A stretch of 64,000 nt of DNA from Diadema antillarum (taxonomy: Eukaryota), in contig NW_027270961.1 in NCBI RefSeq assembly GCF_040938485.1, forward strand, positions 2,604,001-2,668,000, in the 5' to 3' direction. How positions within the stretch are numbered: the first letter of the stretch is position 1; every line of letters begins with the position of its first letter. Position numbers and translations under genes: made by a program. Under the pieces are notes generated by a model. It was not told the DNA's origin. It saw nothing but the letters and a program-made list of their open reading frames with translations, and searched no databases. Positions 1 to 12,614 of this stretch are shown piece by piece.

Positions 1-1565
1 GTTAACCACAGGCGGCACCGAGCCCGCAGCCTGCATCGAGGTATAATCACTTCTCCTTTTCACTGAATTGAGTATGGTAGCTCGAATTCTTATGTTGTTT
101 TCCTCTGAGCCATGCCTCCAAGCGAGGCAGACAAAACATAACCCGCCGAGACAAGACGGGATCGCCGTGGGGCGCCGCGTTGAAAAAGATCAGTGCGCGC
201 GGAGTGGTGCTTTTATATCCCATGCAAAGGTGATGAGCTTAATACTATAGTTGGTGGAGAGTGGAATAATTGATTTGACTAGACAGCTTGTTAATCCCCA
301 CTTAGATTATCTCCAGGTCACCAACTAATCATCTCAAGAGATTGTCAGTGAAGAAGACAGTATAGCTATTTCCTCGATCTTGAGGAGTATACACAAACTG
401 ACTTTAATTCATTCCCGAGGTTCGCATACCCCCAAACAACGCAATGATAATACCTCAATGATTAGATGGTAATCAATAGCAATACCACTAAGTTTTCTCG
501 TCTAACAGTCAACAGGAGTGGCATGATTTCTAATTCCATCTGAGGAAAAAATAAAAGATGAGGGTTTCATAATTGACACAGTGTTTTCCCACAATTTCAC
601 ATCGTATTTCACAACGAATATTATTCGCTTTGTTGGGAGGAGTTGCGGCCTCAACAGGAAGTGGCTATCAAAGTCACCACATACAGCGTCCTTGGAGCTT
701 GGGCAGAAAATATGTTCATCGTAGCATGAAATAGTCAACTCCTATACGGTAAACAATTAACAATCAATATGTCACGGAGAAGTTACCCAGTAGGGCCTAA
801 TCTGTCACATCAATCGTTTGTAGTGCATGCATATGGAATGTGTAATCGGAGATACCCCATGCACTCAACAAGTAAAAAGAAGTTTCAAAATATTTACATT
901 TCTCACTGCCAAACACAGAACAATAGTCTTGAGGTCAAATTTGAGATGCACGTTATTTTGACGCCATGAAATATTCGCTTGATGCTGTAGGATTGAAGAA
1001 GGGTGTCATGTGCTTAGGAACGTGCACATTGTACCATTATGTTTTAGCTTTCCAGACACGAGCTTTAGATAATAGATAAGGCGCAACACATCAACACAGC
1101 CATATGTTAGTTGATAATGAAACGTAATGATGAGAACAGTAAAATCTGTTTACATCGATACATGAAATGAGATGACACGTATCCAAGAGAACATTATTTC
1201 AGCCTTTAAGTATAACAAGGCTGCAAGGTTCAGGATGTTAACTTTCTTGTCGTGTACAAATTAGATAACATGCATCCATTACAGTGTTATTCTCCGCGCA
1301 ATAAATAACCATACATAATAATTTCTCAAAACGAGTCTTGATGAAAGTCAGTCAAAACTTGCGGGCTTAGCCCTGTGATAGAAACCTCTGAATTATAACC
1401 AAACACACGCGATTAATTTAATTGAAGAATTATATAAGAGGACAAATTTCGCAAGGGAATTCTAAAGTTGTGCATGGTTATTAGGCCTACTGATAATTGT
1501 ATATTATCTAAGGTTTGTTTGTGTGTTTTTTTGTCAGCAAGATATTATTCAGTGGGGTGAAGGTT

Positions 1566-1738
1566 CAGGTGTGAGTTTCTTCAATTTGTCTCCCTCTACA
1601 AATAAAATTTGTTAAAATCGCAACTGCTGATCTGTAAATTAACAAAAATGTCGGGAAAAGGTACCAGTGGGACTCGAACCTGTCGATCTTAACAAATTTC
1701 ATTTGTAGAGGGAGACAAATTAAAGAAACTCACACCTG
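1566..1738. repeat. 55-bp inverted repeat enclosing a tRNA B-box-like (SINE-like) fragment
   Basis: 1566-1620 and 1684-1738 are reverse complements with 3 mismatches. The 63-bp spacer reads CAGGTTCGAGTCCCACTGG on the minus strand. Confidence 0.8.
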
Positions 1739-2519
1739 TACTTTTTTGTCTTTTAGGTATTTTTTTTTTCTGTATTGTTTGTAGAACTGCGAGGGTCTGA
1801 GCTAGGTTTGCTGTTTTACGATTGAAACTTAACTTGCTTAATGTTTGGTTTTAATGCATAATGTACAAATTTTTTTTTGGTGCCCGATATATGCATTATG
1901 TGATCCATGCATTTTCCAGGCTGATCGAAATGCAGACGAATAATTACGGTGTGTTGAAATAGATCCAATACAACAGGAAAATACTATCGAAAATGCGGAA
2001 ATTGCTTTAATCATTCATCTCACCTGTCGACCCCTCTATAGCTTCAGTACAAAAGGTTTCTAATGGGCTCTGCATGGTGATAACAATGTGTTGCTTGGTG
2101 ATGGCTTATCATAAAGTAACTGTACCTCATAAAGTTTGCACTTTAAAAACATTGAGGTTCTGCTCGGTTGCTCGAATAGAATAGGAAAGAATGCCATGCT
2201 GGTATTCTTTCTTTTCTTTCTTTTCCTGGAATGGAGTCTGACGAGAAAGATTACCCTGGTTGCAAGTTCACACCAAAAGCAAAAATACACGTGGGCCTAC
2301 GTTGTAATTCACATGTACAATAATACCTCTGGAAAAACCCAAACAATGGTAATTTTTCCCAGGCATCACCGTACTTTGCTGGTGATGTTCATCAGGGCAA
2401 AGCAGAGCAATTTCATGGTATTACATTCCAAGATATCATAAAAATGATGACCTTCTGTCTTCTGAAATGAAATTATTCGCAACAGAGAGCAAAAATATTA
2501 TAATCTATACGCACCAAGA

Positions 2520-3130
2520 ATTCGAGACACTTCGTCCCTAGATAGCCACATGTCCACCGCGGGACGGTCCGTGAACAAGCTAGCCGATGAAGCGATGAGA
2601 GCCGCTGCATAGACCGCTAAAATCGACACTCCCGACACGGCCATGCTGAAGGATACCGAAAATGTCGTCTGCCCGATCAAAGAAAACTTCGAAAATCCTG
2701 AGGTATTCAGGTAGAATCGTTGATTACACCTTCATATCACCTCCTCAACGTGCACGGTGTAAAACATGCAGGCAGGTGGTGAAGCTGCCAGTATACCACT
2801 CCGACAAGTTCTCTTATCCTGACGACAGTGGGACCTTTCGCGGCGAGCGAACGGAGGCCTGTATGAGCTGCGATCTACTCTTTCGTTGGGTGGTGGTGGT
2901 AATCTCTTTTGGCCCGGAATAGCTCTACCACAGAGACACAATGAGGGAGATATGGCTGAACGATTCTCCCCAGCTTTGGGAGAACGAGAAAACCACTCAT
3001 GTTATATATCGCTTTGGAGTAGTTGGGGGATAAACACAATATTCTTCCCCCATTTTTGAGCCTTTGATTCCAGCGGGCAGTGATGAACAAAGTTGAGTTT
3101 TTCAGATCGTTACAGTTAATTTTCCTTTCC
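2520..3130 (+). mobile_element. Decayed Penelope-like retroelement (GIY-YIG endonuclease region)
   Basis: Frameshifted plus-strand translation gives RARCKTC...GTFRGERTEACMSCDLLF...LYHRDTMR / MAERFS...NHS...IFEPLIPAGSDEQ. This parallels the Penelope pattern RCKTC...TC.S.N(L/V)IY...YIGET.R.L.ERF.EH...IF.LGTL.P.G.N. Contains stops and frameshifts. Confidence 0.6.
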
Positions 3131-3859
3131 AATAGCCTACCTGTGACAACATCCAGCAAGACTGGACCTCTAGAGCAGCGCAGTGATTGCCAAGAAAGGA
3201 GTCTATACATAGCTGTAGAATATGAATATGCAAGATGAAATATAAGATTGATTTTGTGACGATTACGGGATTGTGGAATCGGTGACGATTTACCTTGATC
3301 TAATCATGGACCCAAAGGGTAGGGTCCATGATCTATTCTATTTTGAAATTTGATGCCATTTAGGGTGTCAGAATAGTATACATTCAAACGGCGCTCATGC
3401 GTGAGGTCCATTGCTCCGGGATGACGATGTCGTCATGTATACCACTATGACCCACTTTCAAGGATTCACAGCATTTTCGTCCATCGGACTACTGGCAGGA
3501 CTATACGATACAAGTGCCGCCTGACTCTTTCCTGTCATACACCTTGCATCGGAGTTTGATTAATAATTTGATTGCATTTCGCCTCCATTGTCTTGACTCC
3601 AAAGAAGCACAGATTTAATACCACTGATATGAAAGTGTACGAATCCTTATGGGCATGTAGTTACAGTATATAGGTTGTCACCCCTTACTAACACACACAA
3701 ACACACATCTTTACACAAGACTCTTTTCATTTCACATAATTTTGCTTACCTTATTCTCTGTTACCAAAGAAAGTAATATGTATTTTTGTCGAAAAATGAA
3801 ATAAACTCTGAATTGATTTGAAATAAAAAAAAAAGGTTTGTTAGCATCAAAACACCCTT

Positions 3860-4090
3860 TTTCATTTCCGGATTAACGAACTTTTGAAATAATGATTCTT
3901 TTTCCTATAAACGAAACTTCGGAATAACGAACCTAATTTAGATGATTTGGACTAGCGAATCATCGGAATAACACCACAATAATGTTCGGACTAACGAACA
4001 TCCACTTATACGGAATTTATGTGTTTCGGAATAACGAGCCTTGTATGCCATTTTTGGATTTTCGAACCTTCGGAATAACGAACATCACCC
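3860..4090. repeat. MITE-like repeat built of TTCGGAATAACGAAC motifs (partial copy)
   Basis: Several degenerate copies of cttcggaataacgaac. The same family recurs at about 45400-45685. Confidence 0.7.
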
Positions 4091-4199
4091 ATTTGAATTA
4101 GACATCTCGTATACATGATGTGCAACGCTCCTATCGGTAGCTTGGGTATTATACCACACACGACATGATAACTTAAATTTCTTGATCACCTGAACGCAT

Positions 4200-5252
4200 A
4201 TTCAAGTTCAAGTTCAAGTTTATTTAACCAATTCATTAAACATTTGACATTTTACAAAAGGATACAGCATTAAGAATAATGAATGGTTTGGGACCCCAAA
4301 AGAAGCAGAGCTTGTCAAAAAGGGGTCCCGGATAAACATATAAAACAAAACATACTAAAGTTTTAAACATATTAACAAGAAGTATAATAGTAACATATTT
4401 ACATAGGACAGATGCAACGCAAGCACACACACACACACACGCACACACACATTCAATCACACGCACACGTGTCACAAAACGCTCATGCACATACATGTAC
4501 AATAGTTCACATAATGAAATTGCAGAAAGATACTTTCTATTTTACTACACTTTTGAATTCAGCTTCCCTGATCAATTCTTGTTTTACAAATTTCCCTCAA
4601 GATAGATGCGACATGTACGTTTAAAGTTGGATAGTGTTGAGGCTGACCTAATTCTCAATGGCAAATTATTCCATTCTCTAATACAAACATATACAAATGA
4701 ATTTTGGGCAGTTTGAGTTCTTACAAAGGGTTGATGAATGAGATTACTTTTACGCGTATTATAAGCATGAACGGTAGAATTTAACACAAACGCATCCTTC
4801 ATGAAAGATTTCGGATCACCTTGTGTCTTAAACATAAAAATCAAGCAACTCAAGATAACAAATTTTTCAAATGGCAAAATATGAAGTTGAATAAACAATG
4901 GCAAACTTGGACTTCCATAGTTTGAATTTGTAATATACCTTACAGCTTTTTTCTGAAGAACAATCAATTTATCTATATGAGTCTTATAAGTATTTCCCCA
5001 AGCTACATTACAGTACATTAAATGAGGCATAACTATGGCATTATACAGAGTAATTAAAGTTTCTTTTGGTAAATAGAGACGTAACTTGGATAAGATACCA
5101 ACACTACGAGAAACTTTAGTACAGACGTAACTGACGTGGTCTTTCCACGATAAATATTCATCGACTATAACGCCTAGGAATCGTACATTATGGCTTCGAT
5201 CAATCTGGTTACCGCCTATTACCAGTGGAACAATGTCATTTCCTGTAAGATT
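4200..5252 (-). mobile_element. 5'-truncated L2/CR1-clade LINE (RT C-terminus, 3' UTR and tail)
   Basis: An open frame 5252-4584 reads RFLGVIVDEYLSWKDHV...GILSKLRLYLP...LYNAIVMPHLMYCNVAWG...LQKKAVRYI...WNNLPLRIRSASTLSNFKR. The 3' UTR has a stem-loop (GGGACCCC...ACAAGCTCTGCTTC...GGGGTCCC), then AATAAA and a (CTTGAA)n tail at about 4200-4225. Confidence 0.92.
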
Positions 5253-5821
5253 CTATCATCCTATATATAGTGTCCCAGTAATCAGTGAAGGTTCCCAATT
5301 TAGCAGATATCAATTGACTGGATGGACTGAGTGAACTTGTTCGTTACGAACTTAACATCAATCTTTTAAATACTGTATATTCTTTCAATGTTTGATATAC
5401 AACTGACCAATTATCTTAAACATTCTAATCTCCCTCGAATGATGATTTTCCATCAAGCATTCATAGTAATACAATTGTATCTTCATTTATCTGTTTGTTT
5501 GTTTGTTTGCAACGTGTAATAGAACTATAGGCATGATTATCACATGCCTTTTCATGACATTAGACCTTCAGGGATATACAGCATTTAACCTATACACAGA
5601 ACATTGATTTCTCGAATTAGACTGTAAGAGAGAGGAGGGAGATGAGTTTTTATGTGATAATACAGGGGCTGCGGAACGTTTTTTTTTTTTTGGGGGGGGG
5701 GGGGTAAGAGGTCAAAGAATTAAATTTGTACAGTGTATGTATGTAGGCCATGTAATATAACAAATATTGACTTGTCTATCGTAATACATGTACTCAGTAC
5801 ACAGTATAATTTATGTAAAAT

Positions 5822-5931
5822 GACAATCCCGTGGGAGGTTTTTTTTCCCTCTAGACAAAACCCTCAACGCTGTGTGCTACGGGAAAACATAATCTCTCGG
5901 GAAAATAGGACTCCCGTGGGAATAGTGTCAC
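5822..5931. mobile_element. Small MITE-like element
   Basis: Imperfect terminal inverted repeats TGACA(CT)ATCCC..GGGAG at both ends. Confidence 0.5.
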
Positions 5932-8013
5932 ATGTTAAATTACACCTTTGATGAAGCCATACCTGGTAGACAATTGCTATGTGTGTTTATTAATCTTCAT
6001 GTAAGAGGAAATGATTCATGTACATGTATTTCGTATTAAAATATATTTTGACCGAGTCTTTGTCGCGTGCTGTACTAGTAATATTATTTTGAGTTACACA
6101 TTGCAGAAAAGCGTATTGTATGTACTGCAGGCGAGTTGGAATGCGACAATGATTTCATTTATTTCAGGTACAACACATTTATACATTATAAAAATACATA
6201 AAATATATGACTCTTGAGAGGCAATCTAAATATATATACACTGAACTCTGTGAACTGCATTTTCAATGTACGTTGTACAGTTGTATATTAAAATCTAAAT
6301 AGACTGCCAAGATGGCTATGAACACATACATGTATTTCCATCACTACAAGTCAAAATGATTTCATAAAACATGACAACAAAATAAGCAATCACGAAAACG
6401 ACAATCATATTACAACTATAATTGCTATGGGAATACATTTACATGAAGAAAATCTTTTTTTTTGTGCGTGATCGTAGCTATATCTGCCGAGTTGCATGGA
6501 AATCCCAAGTGAAAAATCACCATCAACCTATTACATAATAGAATAAGCATAATTTATTTGAAGTCACTCAAAATGAACGTTGGGAGATGACTTTGATTTA
6601 GGCAATGCAGCATCTTCGATTTCTGTAACACATCAGTTGCTTCTAACTTAAAACAAAACAAGACATAATGGCCCATATCAACAAGAACTTACTGTCTAAG
6701 AATACATTTTACCCTTTAACCAACACACCAAAAGACATACAATGTATAAAGGTTACACACAATCACAATGGAAATGTAGATGTATGTGTTAACTCAATGA
6801 ACAGTTACAAAGGACATGCATGTCTACATACTTGTACAGTGTACATGTACATGATTATGAACTGTGCATCCATGGCACAATCTACGATGTTTTTGCAAAC
6901 ATAGACATGTTGAAAAGACAATTGACTGCATCTAAAGTTCCCGTATTTGTAATTTTTGCAACGTACAGGGCTTCATATCTTTCATACCAAGTTATACCAA
7001 ATCATATTTTTCAATCCACTTAATTGGCAGTTTTTGTTCCAGTAAACATCAAAGGAGAACACCTTAAGAAGATTCACAACTTTATTCCTTTGGTCATTTG
7101 AAGAACATTTTTTTTTTTTTTTCACAGAAACAATGATCTGCCTGGAGGAACAAACAGAACTCACGTGCGTTGATATGAATTAAAACATCTTATCAATGAA
7201 CGTGGTATAAAAGAGAGAAATTTGGGGTGTTTGGTGGGCTCAAAAACGAATGTGAAGAAAATATATGCAGGACAGGAAGGTTGACTGGATGGCACCAAAC
7301 GCTGGTGCAGGCCTCAAAAAGCCAGACATTATAACTTGCTGCTTGTGTTCAACTATTTGTAATTTAAGGGGAAATCCCAGACCAGTCTAAATTTAGCCTG
7401 AAAAGAAGAGTGAAATTTTACGTGCACAAAAGTGAAAATTTGATCAAAATCAGATAAAAATGAGGAAGTTTTGCTAATTTTCACAAAATACTTCATAAAA
7501 AGTACATAATGAATACATGCAAATAAGTAATTTAATGTTTTTGCCTCACAATTTGCCAGAGTTTGTACACAAACTCTTGAATTTCCATGTTTTTTTCTCC
7601 TTTTTTTTTCTCAAATGCAATTATGCCCCAGTCTGAAATGTATGAATATATCTGACTGCAGTGCTAATTATTTTGGATTATTCATCAAAGTACATTTTCT
7701 TCAGTATTTGTACACAGTCAATAGAAAATTGTGAGGTGATGACTCAGAAATAATTGTACTTACATGACCAGATAAGTAATAATCATAATGGAAAAAATAA
7801 TCCTGACTTTGTGATACGTGTTATCATTATCCACTGCTTGCCTTAAAATCACTCTGGCATAAGTTTCAAGTCTAAAATGAAGATGAGATTCCAATTCTAT
7901 TACTGTAAAGTCTTATCCTAGTTATTCTCTCATAAACTTCTGCCATCTTAATAATTTTGAATGAGGTATCTTGTAACTGAGAGTTACACAAATCATGGCT
8001 GAGTGATGAATCT

Positions 8014-9878
8014 TTACTCAGCAAGGCTTTCCACAAAGTTGTACACCAGTTGATGCCATTTGACTGGGCTATCCATGTAAGGATGATGACCCGCCCCTAG
8101 AAACTCCTGGGCTCTGTGATTGGGCAGGTTCCTGAGATTGGCAGTTGCCTTGCGACCCGCCTCTGTGTCATTCTCACCATACGTGATAAGGGTTTGTGTC
8201 TGCCAAACAAAAAGAGGATTGTTTATAAGAATGAAATGCACACTTGAACAAAACACAAAAGAATGTGTGTGACCGATTTTCAACTTTGGGGAAAAATATA
8301 CATTCTGAAATCCACTTTGTTGACAAATTTTTATTCACTGAATACTTTTCCAAATAAATTCTAGAATCTTAGCATGTTCATTATTATCCAGTCCCTTAAA
8401 AAAGAATCAATTTGAAAGGCAAATTAACCCATTGAGGACGAACTGCTAAGTGTATTTGCTATTTTCCCGTAGACACCAGCCTGAATATGCTCAGGAATAG
8501 TTTTCCACAGATTAAGGCAACTGCAGTTCAGTTGATTCTCTAGTTACAAGCTTATTTAGCACAGTAAAGTCTCAAATTATCACAATTTCTTACCACAAAA
8601 ACAATTCATTGCACAGAGAATAAGAATATTGAAACTGTTTTGGTAGAAGAGATGTACCTGATTTTTCTGATATTCCTCAGGAGTGTATTTGTCTGTTGAG
8701 TGAGGAGACACTGGTACGTATCCTCGCACCAGCTCAGGGTGTTCCATAATAAGAGGGATGGATAAGTCACCGCTCCTCGAGGGACTGATAATGACCGGCC
8801 TCTCAATTTTGAGTGCTTGGTACAAACACTTCATGAAGGTCACAGGGTCACCCACATCCATTTTGACTAGTCCAGTTTGTCCATATCCTGAAATTATAAG
8901 GAAATGAAAACAGTTGTTTCAAAAACACAGAAGTGCACAGTTAAGACTTCAAACTTTTATGATAGAACTGATCTTATTGCTGCATTAATTCGCCCATTGA
9001 TTACATTATGCATTCCTGGTACACATAGCTTAAAAGTAAATGAGCAATAAACCACAGTACATTGTATTTACATTAAGACAAATCCATATAAAATATGGAT
9101 GCATTCTTTACTATTTTCTATAACGCCTAAAATTAACTGAAAACCCAGAGAGGTTTCTTAACTGAATAAACAAAACATTGATCTAACATACATATCACAA
9201 GTGAAGGAGGGGGCAAACAGATGATTCATTATTTCCTAAAATGGAGAATGAAGTTGATCATGTTTAAAATGGTTTAAGCTATAAAATGGAAAGAGTTCCT
9301 TATGTCCCCCCCCCCCCTCCACCAACTTGCACAAAATAAACAAACCACTATTCCCCCTTACTAATAATAAACTAAATAAAGGTTATGGGAAGTCTTCCCA
9401 TTAATGGCATAACCTTTATTTAGTCCATTATTAGTAAAAAAAAAAACAAACAAACATCAATCTATGCATTTTTGGCAAACTAGTGCTAGATCTAGTGGGG
9501 GTTATACAAGGAACTCTTTCCCTTCAATTAGCAGATACATACTTTATTCTGGCACGAAATACTCTTTAGTAGAGGAGGGTATTTGATAAAGATCAGATAA
9601 ACACCTGGCATGTCAATGGCAGTGGAAGAATAGCCATAGCTGGCAAAGTAGTGCATCGAGCCATGCTCAAGCCACGTCTGCGATGAGTAGCAGCCAGCGT
9701 GAAGGAAGAGAACGTGACCCCGGCAGCTCTCCGTTGTACCTTTAGAAACTTTTCGATAGAATATGCTGCGGCCGTTAATATCAACCTTTCCTTCCTGTTC
9801 TACGTAGCTGACACCTGCCTTGGTCCGTACATCGGTCACAAGCTTCTCCCAGCTTTCACTTTCAACCTTTTCGGTCAT
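8014..9878 (-). CDS. ABHD14B: ABHD14-family alpha/beta-hydrolase (ABHD14B-like), complete, 3 coding exons, 229 aa
   Basis: Exons 9878-9605, 8887-8658 and 8199-8014 join in frame at GT-AG sites (phases 1, 0), giving 690 nt ending TAA. The translation has FLHAGCYSSQTW, AIDMPGYG, PVIISPSRSG, GYVPVSP, LITYGEND and GAGHHPYMDSP, collinear with remembered ABHD14B motifs (LLHGIRFSSETW, DLPGLG, VVISPSLSG, GFVPVAP, IVYGDQD, GAGHPCYLDKP). The Ser-Asp-His triad is retained. ABHD14A versus B orthology is not resolved. Confidence 0.93.
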
Positions 9879-10182
9879 TTTGGCTCACTTGCTTGCGTAA
9901 AACTGACAGTCTCTGTCAAATAAGCTCAAGCAAGTGCCGTGGACGTGGACGTACCTGAAACAAGGTCAGGGCTGCTCCGCCGACGCACCTGTACCTGGCA
10001 TAGCGGCAGCAGAGCAAGAACTCTATGCAGATCATGTGATATACTCGGACATGATCACATGACCGTGTACGTTCAATGCACAAAAGTACATTGTTGTACT
10101 CGGCTAAACACTGCTAAAGGAGGGTATATCTTTGGACAATTCCACGCTGAACACACTCAACAGGACCACTATACTCGTCAAA
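9879..10182. promoter_or_regulatory. Probable bidirectional promoter between ABHD14-like and LAMTOR5
   Basis: Only 304 bp separate the divergent start codons, and the interval is locally GC/CpG-rich (about 9930-10020). Transcription start sites are not known. Confidence 0.7.
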
Positions 10183-12614
10183 ATGGAGCAGAATCTTGAC
10201 AAGCTACTGGATGACACGTAAGTTCGAGATTAGCCAGTGTAGATTATGACCGGGTCAGCAGTTCACGCCAGCGAATGTATTATCGAGTTCTCTTATTAGG
10301 CCGAGATATGCGCTCACATTTTTAACACAGTCCCACATGCTGTATTTGTTGTGTGCGTGTTGGCTCCCTGCATAGAATTCCGATCGCGATGGTTGTTGAT
10401 GGAAAATAACGTATGCAGCGTTTTGTTAAATCTGGCAGGATGACGCAGTAAAGATATATTACATGTGTAAAGATAGATTAAATGTAAATGTGACGCAGTA
10501 AAGATAGATTCCATGTGTTTCCAGTGGAAATGCCAATTTTGAAACGTCTCTGGATCTAGCTGCTGAATACATTTGTATATTAATTATACCGGTATCTTAT
10601 TCTTACCCAAATATTAAAAACAAATCGATCTGCTATATCTATGATTTAGACATATTATGTATATTTAAATCAAGCATTGCATTTATATCCCTCGAAATGC
10701 ATTGAATGTCTAATGTTCTTGTTAATTTTGCAGTGTGTTTTATTTTAACACATATCTAGGCCAGTAGTATCCTTTCGTGAAGAGCTGTTTGTTTGCAGGT
10801 TAATAAAATGTTTGTTTTTATTTGATGATTAGAATGATGACTTTGCGTCATTATTAGGTCATTTAGGCCTGAACATATGTTTTGAAATTTGAGGGATACA
10901 CTGTAATATCCAGTGTAACTTATTCTTTAAGAAAAAATGAAATGTTTAACCTGTTTCTTCTTCACAAGCAAAATGAGATCAGAATGATGCAACAATTGAT
11001 TTTCTGTTATTTGAAGAAGGAATGACACAGAATGACAAGCTCTTGTGTATTTTTATATTTGGGCATACAATTTGACTACTGATTTTAAAAATTGCTTGAT
11101 AAGTAGACAAATCATACATATATATACCGTTATGTGAAAACTGTATTTTTCAACCTTTCTGTGCAGCATGGAATCCCAAGGTGTGATGGGTGTTTTGTGT
11201 GCTGACAAGCAAGGTTTATGCTACAGTGGTAAGTCAAAGTATATACGTACATGTACTCATACAAACAGCAATATTGATGAGAAATGGTGGTAATATTTGT
11301 TTGGACATAAAGATTTACAGTACATGAATGAATAGCTTATAGCAATGACTTAGCAAGCGGCCAAAGGGCAATGAAGTCATCAAATTGCTGTCTACAATGC
11401 TGATTAACCAGATCACATTGAGTAAGAATCATCCTTTTTTTTTAACCCCAATGTTATGCTCAGACAATGATTTTTTTTTTTTTCAGACCATATCAATTAG
11501 TAGCTATCTGCCCTATGTGTTTTCATGTTTGCTGAAAAAATCTCCTCTCTTCCAATCAGAGACAAGCTAGATGAGTGGTTGAATACTAGTACTGGTATTT
11601 AGTTTGAATCCCTGTGTATGCATTCGATTGTTTAAATTGTTATTGTTATAACCTTGTTCTAAAGTACATGTACATCTAGACAGAGCAGTGTGTGGTTACC
11701 TCATAGATGTAGGTTTGTACTCCTACAGACTTGTTGGTTGCTGTGCAAGGGATTCTTCTTAATGTGAAAAGTGTTGTTAAATTCATCTGATAAAAGGCAA
11801 CTAACAACAAGTAGTGCTCCTACTTGTGTTCACTTTAGCTGTTTAGCATGAGTGTTTACATTTTCTTCAATGAAAATAGTGTGTTTTCTTCTATGAAAAT
11901 TACAAGATATGTATGAATTGTGTTCTCAAATATCTGAATATACTAGTTTGTTCCTTCCCTCCACAGCAAAAGGGACAGCCTCAGCAGATTCTGCAGGTCT
12001 TGTAGCATCTCTGGCTCACCAGGCTTCTCTCCTTGTTCCCGAGAGCCCAAACGCTCCTGTAATATGTCTAGAATCTGATGGAGGGTGAGTGTGGAGGACT
12101 TTACATTATGTTTGACTCCCACATTCTAATACACCTGTTATACACTACACAGATACGGAACCTTCCCTCAGATGACCTTGTGGAAATATACCCCCCCCCC
12201 CCACATGTTATTAGGGTACACATACTAATGCTTGTTACCTCCCTCTAAAAGCACCCCTATCTCATTTCTGACCCCCCCCCCTTTTTTTTGAGGATTTTCT
12301 GTAGGTTTTTTTCCTCCTTGGAGACCCCCTAAATCTGGAACACTGCTAAATGCTCACTCTATCTCAGGGGAGCTGCCATTCCAACCTCCTATCTCAAAAA
12401 AGACAAACTAGACCATTTGTCTGATTTGTGTAATAATTTATTCCATCCAATACTCACAAATAAAGATGTGCTAATTATAATCTTGAATTCTGGTAATCCT
12501 AGAACTAAATTGCAATCACAATAATGCTCTATATTTTGTTTCTCTCGTAGGAATGTTCTCGTCAAATCACATCAGGATGTTACAATAGCAATCCACAAAA
12601 TGCCTGGATACTGA
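10183..12614 (+). CDS. LAMTOR5: Ragulator complex protein LAMTOR5 (HBXIP), complete, 4 coding exons, 92 aa
   Basis: Exons 10183-10217, 11167-11228, 11967-12084 and 12551-12614 (GT-AG, phases 2, 1, 2) give MEQNLDKLLDDTMESQGVMGVLCADKQGLCYSAKGTASADSAGLVASLAHQASLLVPESPNAPVICLESDGGNVLVKSHQDVTIAIHKMPGY*. This matches human LAMTOR5 as I recall it ([29 protein letters not shown]...[27 protein letters not shown]). All exons are too short for the ORF track. Confidence 0.96.

Noticed and set aside
502-738. APE-endonuclease-like CGDFD motif in a minus-strand ORF
   Set aside because: A single short motif with no other endonuclease motifs in frame.
2060-2441. GPCR-like look of minus-strand fragments (IVWVFPEVLL, IFLVRLHSRKRKK)
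   Set aside because: Only vague hydrophobic and basic patterning with several stops; no DRY or NPxxY motif.
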